Below, in pieces: positions 22,067 to 33,585 of a DNA stretch of 45,961 nt. The stretch is from contig NC_069001.1 in the NCBI RefSeq assembly GCF_001194135.2, forward strand, positions 14,029,956 to 14,075,916, in the 5' to 3' direction. Position numbers and translations under genes: made by a program. A model generated the notes under the pieces. The model was not told the origin of the DNA. It ran no database searches and was given only the letters and a program-made list of their open reading frames with translations. Within the stretch, counting starts at the first letter, position 1. Every line of letters begins with the position of its first letter. The DNA is from Octopus bimaculoides (Eukaryota).

Positions 22067-23631
22067 TATCAGGTCATCCCATAAATTCTGTCCGATTTTA
22101 CCTTTTTTAAAATTGAATGAAATTTAATAGTATTTTAGAATGTCTAATGGAATTAAAAATTATTTTTATGCATTTGTGTATATTTAAACTAATTAAATAT
22201 TATTTTACAGAATAATAGAATTAAAGTTTCTTTGATTAAAACCCTTTCTAACATGGAAGTATCCAAAGNNNNNNNNNNNNNNNNNNNNNNNNNNNNNNNN
22301 NNNNNNNNNNNNNNNNNNNNNNNNNNNNNNNNNNNNNNNNNNNNNNNNNNNNNNNNNNNNNNNNNNNNNNNNNNNNNNNNNNNNNNNNNNNNNNNNNNNN
22401 NNNNNNNNNNNNNNNNNNNNNNNNNNNNNNNNNNNNNNNNNNNNNNNNNNNNNNNNNNNNNNNNNNNNNNNNNNNNNNNNNNNNNNNNNNNNNNNNNNNN
22501 NNNNNNNNNNNNNNNNNNNNNNNNNNNNNNNNNNNNNNNNNNNNNNNNNNNNNNNNNNNNNNNNNNNNNNNNNNNNNNNNNNNNNNNNNNNNNNNNNNNN
22601 NNNNNNNNNNNNNNNNNNNNNNNNNNNNNNNNNNNNNNNNNNNNNNNNNNNNNNNNNNNNNNNNNNNNNNNNNNNNNNNNNNNNNNNNNNNNNNNNNNNN
22701 NNNNNNNNNNNNNNNNNNNNNNNNNNNNNNNNNNNNNNNNNNNNNNNNNNNNNNNNNNNNNNNNNNNNNNNNNNNNNNNNNNNNNNNNNNNNNNNNNNNN
22801 NNNNNNNNNNNNNNNNNNNNNNNNNNNNNNNNNNNNNNNNNNNNNNNNNNNNNNNNNNNNNNNNNNNNNNNNNNNNNNNNNNNNNNNNNNNNNNNNNNNN
22901 NNNNNNNNNNNNNNNNNNNNNNNNNNNNNNNNNNNNNNNNNNNNNNNNNNNNNNNNNNNNNNNNNNNNNNNNNNNNNNNNNNNNNNNNNNNNNNNNNNNN
23001 NNNNNNNNNNNNNNNNNNNNNNNNNNNNNNNNNNNNNNNNNNNNNNNNNNNNNNNNNNNNNNNNNNNNNNNNNNNNNNNNNNNNNNNNNNNNNNNNNNNN
23101 NNNNNNNNNNNNNNNNNNNNNNNNNNNNNNNNNNNNNNNNNNNNNNNNNNNNNNNNNNNNNNNNNNNNNNNNNNNNNNNNNNNNNNNNNNNNNNNNNNNN
23201 NNNNNNNNNNNNNNNNNNNNNNNNNNNNNNNNNNNNNNNNNNNNNNNNNNNNNNNNNNNNNNNNNNNNACCCCACACTGCAAAGATCACATCACAGAAGA
23301 TGGAAGAGCTTGGTTGGGAAAAAATTCCTCATCCACCTTATTCTCCCGACCTTGCTCCTTCAAACTACCAGTTGTTTCGTAGTTTACAGAATCATTTGGG
23401 GGACATAACTTTCGAAAGCCAGGAGGAGGTCGAAACTGACAATTCAGAGTTCTTCGCTTTGAAACGAAAAGAGTTTTACATTAATGGGATTAAAAAACTT
23501 GTAAATAGATGGAAGGAAGTCATAGATAATCAGGGAAAGTACATTGATGATTAAATTTCAATTAAATATAACATTTGATCACTTGTTTTCTGTCTTCAAA
23601 ATTCGGACAGAACTTATGAGATGACTTGATA
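22067..23631 (+). mobile_element. Mariner element with both TIRs; central ~1 kb is an assembly gap; transposase C-terminus at 23270-23554
   Basis: 5' TAtcaggtcatcccataaattctgtccga and 3' tcggacagaacttatgagatgacttgaTA. Protein PHTAKIT...HPPYSPDLAPSNYQLFRSLQNHL...YIDD*. Confidence 0.9.
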
Positions 23632-23794
23632 GTAAAAGTGTTGCTGTGTTAAAAGGTTCCTTTCACAATAATGTGGTTTCAGGTTCAATCCCACTATGCA
23701 GTACCTTGGGTAAGTGTCTTCTGCCATGACCCCAGACCAGCTAAAGTTTTGTGAGTGGATTTGATAGATGGAAACTGAAAGAAGCCCATTATGA

Positions 23795-23877
<83 letters not shown>

Positions 23878-25001
23878 TACACACACAAAAAACCTACATT
23901 TATATCTACATATGTATAGAGGTACAGGCATGGCTGTGTGGTTAAGAAGCTAGCTTCCCAACCATGTGATCTGGGGTTCAGTCTCACTGCGCACCACCTT
24001 GGGTAAGTGTCTTCTCCTATAGCCCCGAGGAGATCAAAGCCTTGCCAGTGGATTTGATTGACAGGAAACAGAAACTAAAAGATGTCTGTTGTGTGTGTGT
24101 GTATGTTTGTATATATCTGTGTGCCTCTTTGTCATGAATTCAGCTAATGGTGATGTCCTATTTCCAATCTTGTCTTAGCCATGGAGGAATATTACCTTTG
24201 CTTGGAAGCAGGTGAGTGTTGTTGGTATTGGGAAGGGCAACTGGTTGTTGATAATCTACCTCGGTGAATTCCATCTGACTCATGCAAGCGTGGAAATGTG
24301 GAAGTTAAAACTATCTTTTACTTATTTTGATCATTAGACAGCAGTACCCCAGTATGGGGCACCGCTTTGAAATAATTTTAACAGCTTGGTACTTATTCTG
24401 TTGGTCTCTTTAACTGAATTGCTAAGTTAGAGACGTAAATACTGGTTGTCAAGCAGCAGTGGGGACTATCTCACACACAAACATATACTATGGGCTTCTT
24501 TCAGTTTCTATCTGCGAAATCTACTCACAAGGCTTTGGTCATCCTGAGTCTATAGTACCTTGACCAAGGTACCATACAGTGGGACTGAACCTGAAACTAT
24601 GTGGTTGGGAAGCAAACTTCTTACCACACATGGTAATGATCTTCCCTAAAGAGTTGGACTTAATAAGTATTTTGCTCCTTTTTATTATTTTTTTCCCTTT
24701 ACTTTTTATCCTTGGACAATGAGAGTACTGTAAATATCTTTGTAGATATCTTTGAGATCTGAATATCTTTTGAGGTATTTGAAGTTTTTAACCCCTTTGC
24801 ATTCAGGTTACCTTGGCAAATGTAATGCTTATTTCTTCACACTGTTTTTCAATTAATCATGTATTATCTCAAAGCTTTGAGATTTGAATGATATTTTATT
24901 TTGAGAATGACATTGAAAGGTAGGTGTGAGAGGCCAGATCTGGCTGGTTTGAACATAAGACAGGTAGAATATTTGGGCCAGTCATGGCCAGTTTAAATGC
25001 T

Positions 25002-25260
25002 TCTTTTTCCTCTTTAATCCCTAGCTGACAACTGGATGGGGAGGCTGTCTTCTCAAGCAATACATTACCGTGGATGCTACTGGATGACCAACTCTGGTGA
25101 TGATGTTATTCCATGCTTTCCAATCTATGGTGCTGGCCTTAGCATGCTCAAGGTCGAGGTGCTACAACTTCAAGTCTTCCTCGATTTATTTCACCCATGC
25201 CTTCTTTGGTGTGCTATGCTGGATTCTCCACTGTGTAGGTTGCTGCCGCCACAAAAATTG
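25002..25260 (-). mobile_element. 5'-truncated LINE (RTE-like ORF2 C-terminus) inserted in a MITE, 11-bp TSD
   Basis: TSD GTTTAAATGCT at 24991-25001 and 25261-25271. Minus strand reads ..PKKAWVK*IEEDLKL...DWKAWNNII, resembling an RTE ORF2 end. Confidence 0.65.
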
Positions 25261-25394
25261 GTTTAAATGCTAAAATGGTTAAAAGTAATAAGAAGCAAAA
25301 TTAAGAAAATAAGTTTCAAATAGATCTTTTTGTTTGTATTGAGTATTGAAACTTGGTTGATAAGTTTTGTTTTATTTCTCATGTTGTTTTGTAG

Positions 25395-25450
25395 AGTGAC
25401 GAAGAGGAGATGCCTCCAGAAGCGAAGATGAGAATGAGGAATATTGGCAG
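25395..25450 (+). CDS. PCNP: PCNP coding exon 3 (SDEEEMPPEAKMRMRNIG-R)
   Basis: Near-identical to human PCNP EEMPPEAKMRMKNIGR. Acceptor gtag|, donor AG|GTAGGT, 56 nt, phase 0/2. Confidence 0.97.
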
Positions 25451-27575
25451 GTAGGTAATGGTGGTGCTTGTCTCTTGCTCTGTCACACTGACATACCAGT
25501 AACTACCTGCATCTAATATAATTCAACACTGCATGTTAGTGTGCAGTATGGAGATCCTAGCTCATTCAGTTGATTACCTATCAGCTACATGATTGTTCAT
25601 TAAGAGCCAACCTGGGACTAAATATAACATACACTGGTGCAAACATGGCTGTGTAGTAAGAAGTTTGCTTTCCAACTACGTGGTTCCAGGTTCAGTCCCA
25701 CTGCATGGCACCTTGAGCAAATATCTTCTACTAAAGCCTTGGGCTGACTGAAGCCTTATGTGTGAATTTAGTAGATGGAAACTGAAAGAAGCCTGTCATA
25801 TATATCTGTGTGTGTCTTTGTGTCTGTTTATACCCTACCATCATTTGACCACCGGTCTTGGTGTGTTTACACCCCTGTAACTTGGTGATTTGGCAAAAGA
25901 AGTCGATAAAATATGTGTCAGGCTTGAAAGAAAGCAATAAAGGCTCAGTTCATTCGACTAAAACATCCAGTCCACCCTGTAAAGTGGTTGGCATATGGAA
26001 GGGTATCCAACTGTAAAATCCATGCCAAAACTGACCTTTCCTGTACCGGTGCCACATAAAAAGCACTCAGCCCACTCTGTGGACTGGTTGATGCTAGGAA
26101 GGGCAGGCATCCTGCCATAAAATCCATGCCAAAACAGACACAGACGTATGGTGCAAGCTTCTGCCTGGCCAGTGCCTGTCAAAACACCCAACCCATACCA
26201 GCATGGAAGGCAGACGTTAAATGATGATGATGATGATGCTCCAGCATAGCTGCGGTCTAATGGCTAAAACAAGTAAAAGACAAGTGTAGGCATGGCTGTG
26301 GGGTTAAGAAGCTTGCTTTGCAATCATGTGGTATTGGGTTCATTTCGTTGTACAGCACCTTGTGCAAGTGTCTCCCGGGGCAACCAATGCCTTGTGAGTA
26401 AATTTGGCAGATGGAAATTCTGTGGAAATGGTTGTTTATATGTGTGTGTGTGTGTCTTTCTGTCTGTGTTTGTCCGCCTTCCAGTGGTAGTTTGTCTTCA
26501 TCCTCATAACTTAGAAGTTTGGCTAAAGAGACTGATATGATAAGTACCAGACTTAAAAAAAAGAAAAAACCTGGGATTGATCTATTTGACTAAAACCCTC
26601 CAAGGTGGTGCCCCAGCTTGGCCACAGCCCAATGACTGAAACGAATAACAAAAAAAAATATTTGTACATGAACTTAATTTTTTTATTCTTTTGTCATTTG
26701 ACTGTGGCAATGCTGGAGCACTACTCTAAAGAATTTTAGTTGAACAAATCGACCCTAGGACATTTTTTTAAAGCCTAGTACTTCTTTTATTTTTTTTATT
26801 GGTCTCTTTTGCCAAACTATTAAGTTACAGGAATGTAAACACACTAACACCAGTTGCCAAATGGTGATGGTGGGGAGGCACAAACACAAAGACACACTCA
26901 CACGCACACACACACACATATGTGACCGGTTTCTTTCAGTTTCCATCTATCAAATCTACTCACAAGGCTTTGGTTAGCCCAAGGCTATAGCAGAAGGGAG
27001 TTGCTCAAGGTGCCACACAGCTACACCTGTGTGCATAAGAATTTTTTTTTCATTTCCTATCATCATCATCGTTTAACGTCTGCTTTCCATGCTAGCATGG
27101 GTTGGACAATTTGACTGAAGACTGGCAAGCCAGGAGGCGGCACCAGGCTCCAATCTGATTTGGCAGAGCTTCTACAGCTGGATGCCCTTCCTAGCGCCAA
27201 CCACTCAGAGAGTGTAGTGGGTGCTTTTATGTGCCATCAGCACGAGGGCCAGTCACACGGTACTGGCAATGGCCACGCTCAAAGTGGTATTTTTTACGTA
27301 CCACTTGCACAGGAGCCAGTCCAGCAGCACTGGCAATGATCTCGCTCGAATGATTTTCTAACGTGCCACCAGCACAAGTGCTAGAAGGCGACGCTGGTAA
27401 CGATTACGCTCAAATGGTGCTATTTATGGGCCACTAGCATGGAAGCCAGACAACTGCTCTGGCAATGAATATTGCTCAAACAAAAAAGACCAAACAAAAT
27501 CATAAACTAACTACTGACATGAAATATCATATTTCTAAATCTCTCAGAGAGATTTAAGCAGTAGTGATGCAATAA

Positions 27576-27830
27576 AGTTGTTGTATATTGTCAACTTAAT
27601 GTGACAATCCCAATAAGGGAATATACTACTGCTGTTTAGCCCTAGGAAACTGAACCGCTTCCTGTCGGCCTTGACACAATTACTGTGTCCTTATGTCTCC
27701 CCCTCGCAAACATAAGGACACAGTAATTGTGTGAAGGCCGACAAGAAGCGGTCCAACTTCCTAGGGCTAAACAGCAATAGTATATTCCCTTATTGGGATT
27801 GTCACATTAAGTTGACAATATACAATAACT
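27576..27830. repeat. 255-bp near-perfect palindrome (121-bp arms, 13-nt loop), probable fold-back MITE
   Basis: Left arm 27576-27696 is the reverse complement of 27710-27830 with few mismatches. Confidence 0.95.
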
Positions 27831-27868
27831 ACTGACATGTTTACAAATGTTCTGTTTTCTTCTTGTAG

Positions 27869-27986
27869 AGACACTCCAACGGCTGCTGGCCCCAATTCCT
27901 ACGGCAAGGGACGACTGGGCTTTTGCGACCGGCAGAAAATATTCGAAAGAGAAATCAAGAAGAAAACAGACAGCCCAAGCAATTGA
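27869..27986 (+). CDS. PCNP: PCNP coding exon 4 ([38 protein letters not shown])
   Basis: Matches human [30 protein letters not shown]. Acceptor ttgtag|, phase 2, TGA at 27984-27986. Full protein 157 aa. Confidence 0.97.
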
Positions 27987-28589
27987 TGTCCAACCACAAC
28001 AGTAACACCATAAGAAGACATTGTGTAGATCTAATTATATAGACAATTGCTTGTATACGTTTCTCCTTCCATCTTTCATCCATCACTTGTGCCGTGTGTC
28101 TCTGTCTATAATACACACATGCACAAATATATATCTATCTATATATACATTTATAAATATATATTTATATATATGTGTGTGTGTAGTGTATGGTTGTATG
28201 TATGTATGTATGTGTGTGTGTTGTGTATGTATCTGTATTTATATATACACATAAACACGTATAATATAATATAAATATATGACTAATAATATAATATAAA
28301 TATATGACCATTTTGTTTGTCACCTTCAATAGTTTTTCTGAGATCTTATTCAGCATTTTTTAAATTTTAAAATAACTATCATGGTCTTTGTTTAGGGTTT
28401 TAGCTGAGATTTTTCTTGTAGGCCTGTTCATGGGAAACTGGGTATATTTCTCCATCCCTCTTCAAACAACTATGGAGCTTTTCCTCACCCGGAGTCTTTC
28501 AGGCTCCATTAGTACGCATTCTGCATTCCAGCTGGTTTCAGGAGAGAGAGAGAGAGTAAGGGCATAATTACCTCTCCCCAGCAACAGCT

Positions 28590-29140
<551 letters not shown>

Positions 29141-30344
29141 AGAAAGTAGTGTGTGTGAGTGTATACTAACTCATAGGGCTGATGAGGCACAACTGAAGAC
29201 TTCAACTTCATGTTCAGTGTCAAAAGAAAAGACGCAGTGGAATGTTACCGCTGTTACCTGTGACTTCTCCATGTTACACCCGATACGCATGCACAGGTAC
29301 ATTCTTCCTTACACACACACACACATGCATTGTGTGCTGCCTGTCAAACTGGTGGTATGTACCTCCCAATGTAAACGACAAACAAGGATCATAGACATAT
29401 CTGCTTGTCCCATACATTGGGTCAGATGAATATTTTTAACTGCTTGACCTTTCGTGATTCAGGGGTATCGATCCACTGGGAATTAGTACAACTCTCCCCT
29501 ACACACGCACACACAGAGCCCACAACTAGCTTTACCACAACCACCTCAGCTCACTGAATCAGGGATATAAGTGCACATTGTTGTCGAGAGCCGACTGCAA
29601 GATTGGTGCTTTTGATCTATAATACACTTTGCTGTTGTTCAGCCATTCTGATTTGACACCTCTGCATTGTGCCTATCCGAAGACTGAGAGACTGAGCCAT
29701 TCAAGAGTGCTGTAATTGTTTAATTGGATGCAAACAGTTTGTTGGGACCAGCTGATATCCTGTTAGCTGCAGTTGTCCATCACACAAGGAAGGGTGTGTT
29801 TTAGCCCTTTAGCATTTAAACCAACGATAGCTGCCCAAAATATTCTTCCTGTTTTATGTTCAAACTGGCCTGATCCAGCCTTTCACACCTACCCTACAAT
29901 GTTAGTCTATAAAAAAAAATAGTCACATAATCGAAATCTCAAGGCTACAAGACAATATCTGATTAATTCAAAATGATGTGAATAAATAAGCATTACATTT
30001 GATCAAATAATCTGAAACTAAAGAGTTAGGGGTAGGAGAGAAAGTGGTTGAGCTTTTAATGGGATTAAAGATTGTGGAGATTATGTGTGTATGTGGAGTA
30101 ATTACTGATAAATTTCAATAGCTGTCCTCTCCACTTTAGGTTTGTGCCCCTAGTTCCTACATGTTCCTATATGTATGCATATCGTAGGAAACAAAACTGT
30201 GGGGGTTAGGAAGGGCATCCAACTATAGAAACCATGCCAAAACAGACGGTGAAGCTTGGTGCAGTCTTCTCCCCAGCCAGCTCCTGTCAAACCGTCCAAC
30301 CCATGCCAGCATGGAATGCAGACATGAAATGATGATGATGATTT

Positions 30345-30389
<45 letters not shown>

Positions 30390-30831
30390 TTGTTGTCCTG
30401 AAGTGTACACTTTTGCAGTGTGTTGATGGCACTAAAATGAAAGTCTTTCCGATAAAGTGAGTTCTCCCATCAGATAAAACCATAGTCTTACTTGCTTCTG
30501 ACTTTCTCATGTTTTCTTGGCTGAGATATTGGGGTGGTTTTCCATTGCCTTCCCCCAACTAGATGGCTGCTGGCCCCCAGGGAGCTCATCCGCCTTTTGA
30601 CAAGCCTTGTTTTTAGTCCTGCTGGGTGTCCAGACACCCTCCTCACAAGAGTAGCTAACTACACAAGTGGGAGAGTTGGTTTGGTCACCGACCATCCAAC
30701 CATGAAGCATGTACTTGTTTCCATGGTACCAGTATCAGATCTAATCGTCCTGTGATGAGATCTCTGACCTAATATTTTGTGTGTGTGTATGTGTATACAC
30801 ACACTGATAGATACATACACACACACACAAA

Positions 30832-30882
<51 letters not shown>

Positions 30883-31535
30883 TCTTTACTCTTTTTACTC
30901 TTTTGTTTCAGTCATTTGACTGCGGCCATGCTGGAGCACCGCCTTTAGTCGAGCAAATCGACCCCAGGACTTATTCTTTGTAAGCCTAGTACTTATTCTA
31001 TCGGTCTCTTTTGCCGAACTGCTAAGTTACGGGGACGTAAACACACCAGCATCGGTTGTCAAGCGATGTTGGGGGGACAAACACAGACACACAAACATAT
31101 ACACACACACACGCATATATATACATATATACGACGGGCNNNNNNNNNNNNNNNNNNNNNNNNNNNNNNNNNNNNNNNNNNNNNNNNNNNNNNNNNNNNN
31201 NNNNNNNNNNNNNNNNNNNNNNNNNNNNNNNNNNNNNNNNNNNNNNNNNNNNNNNNNNNNNNNNNNNNNNNNNNNNNNNNNNNNNNNNNNNNNNNNNNNN
31301 NNNNNNNNNNNNNNNNNNNNNNNNNNNNNNNNNNNNNNNNNNNNNNNNNNNNNNNNNNNNNNNNNNNNNNNNNNNNNNNNNNNNNNNNNNNNNNNNNNNN
31401 NNNNNNNNNNNNNNNNNNNNNNNNNNNNNNNNNNNNNNNNNNNNNNNNNNNNNNNNNNNNNNNNNNNNNNNNNNNNNNNNNNNNNNNNNNNNNNNNNNNN
31501 NNNNNNNNNNNNNNNNNNNNNTATATATATATATG

Positions 31536-31628
<93 letters not shown>

Positions 31629-32093
31629 GTATGTATATATATGTATATATATGTATGTATATATATATGTATATATATGTATGTATATATATATGTATAT
31701 ATATGTATGTATATATATATATGTATATATATAGGATGTGAGATCAAGGTAGACCATATAGATATTTTGATTATATTTTACTTGTTTTGGTAGTATTAGG
31801 GATCGCTAGCTATATAACTGGCTTTCCTTTGCTTCTATTTCAATGAGACTCCCAACTTTTGTGGAACCATTGAACTGTGATAAACTCTATGAAGCTGTAC
31901 AATCTCTAATATGTATGAAACAATACTGCTGATACATCTTCTCTTCTTTCTCTTTCTCATTTCATCACTACAATCCTTCCCTTTTTACCACATCAGTGAC
32001 TGGAAAATACACTGGAAATTGGATGCCAAAAAAAACCTTTGTTTGTTGTCTATAAATTTGTGTGTGTGTGTATGTGTGTTTGCATTTGTGTAA

Positions 32094-32167
<74 letters not shown>

Positions 32168-32170
32168 ATA

Positions 32171-33585
32171 TACGAGGGTTGGCTGAAAAGTTCATAGGCT
32201 GATCCAGATACTCTCATGGAACGTTACCAAATGAGATTTATTTTTCAGCATGGTCACCCTTGTGGCCCACACACTTCTTCCATTGGTGCTACAGTGCTTG
32301 GAACCCATTGGTAAACAAACTTTTATCCTGTTGGTCAATAAAGTCATCATCACTGCAATACTGGTTCCCATCCAGTGGCACCCATGTTAGGGAGCAGATG
32401 ATTGTCAGATGGGAGCCAGATCAGGAGAATAGAGACGGTGATCAACCAGTTCAAAGACATGGTCACGCACAACCATTGAAACCAATGACATCTGTACTGG
32501 AGCATTGTCCCTATGAAACAAGACACCCTTTGTCAGTTTTCCTGGCTGTTTGTGTTTGGTTGCCTTTTCTAACTGCCCCAGTTAATTGGTATAATACTCT
32601 CCATTGATAATGTCACCTTTTTGAAGGTAGTCAATAAACAATACCTTTGACATCTGAAAAAACAAACTGAGGTCATCACCTTTCCTACAGATAAAATGAC
32701 CGTGGCCTTCTTTGGATGTTGTGAAGAGGGGTGTTTCCACTGCTTGGATTGTTTCTTTGTCTCTTCTGAGGCAAGTGAAATCGAAATCGAACTAAATTCG
32801 ACAACTGGCACCCATGCCAACGTCGTCTCCTTCATTGGACACGAGACTCAGCTTGCGAAGACTTATTGGGGCAAGCGAAAGCGAAATCGGGATGGCACCT
32901 GTGCCCAGCGTCGCCTTTCTGGCACTTGTGCCCGTGACATGTGTAAGGATTTTCGAGCGAGATTGTTGCCAGTGTCCCTGGACTGGCTCTTGTGCGGGTG
33001 GCACGTAAAATACACCATTTTGAGCGTGGCCGTTGCCAGTACCGCCTGACTGGCCTTCATGCGGGTGACACATAAAAGCACCCACTACACTCTCGGAGTG
33101 GTTGGCGTTAGGAAGGGCATCCAACTGTAGAAACTCTGCCAAATCAGATTGGAGCCTGGTGTAGCCATCTGGTTTCACCAGTCCTCAGTCAAATCGTCCA
33201 ACCCATGCTAGCATGGAAAGCGGACGTTAAACGATGATGATGATGATGATGATGATGATGACTGAAAGTGATACATCCTTTGCACTGTTGATAAAGCTGG
33301 AGCATCATCCCCTAATGTAGCAATCATATCAACATGAACGTTATTGGAGGAGAAACCCTTTTTTCTACAGGTTCTTGATAGTACCACAATGCTAAATTTT
33401 GTACATTTTCAAGGTAAGTTGCTACTAGTTACTACTGAAATCTTTGAACAGTGAGATGCCAGTTTACTTGGAAAGAAACAATTCAGTTAATAAGAAGAAG
33501 AGTTGAAATTAATGCCTGCAAGATTTCACAGCCCCTGCATCACTCTTTCGTAATCAGCTTATGAACTTTTCATCCCACCCTCATT
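32171..33585 (-). mobile_element. Degenerate mariner deletion derivative with both TIRs and a nested RTE 3'-end insertion (~32765-33260)
   Basis: Left TIR acgagggttggctgaaaagttcataggctgat; its reverse complement with 4 mismatches at 33553-33584. Minus strand contains an FELVDH..YSPDLAP-like motif. Confidence 0.75.

Noticed and set aside
28410-28560. Possible extra PCNP exon after cttgtag at ~28421
   Set aside because: Lies downstream of the stop in the terminal exon; no convincing ORF or homology.
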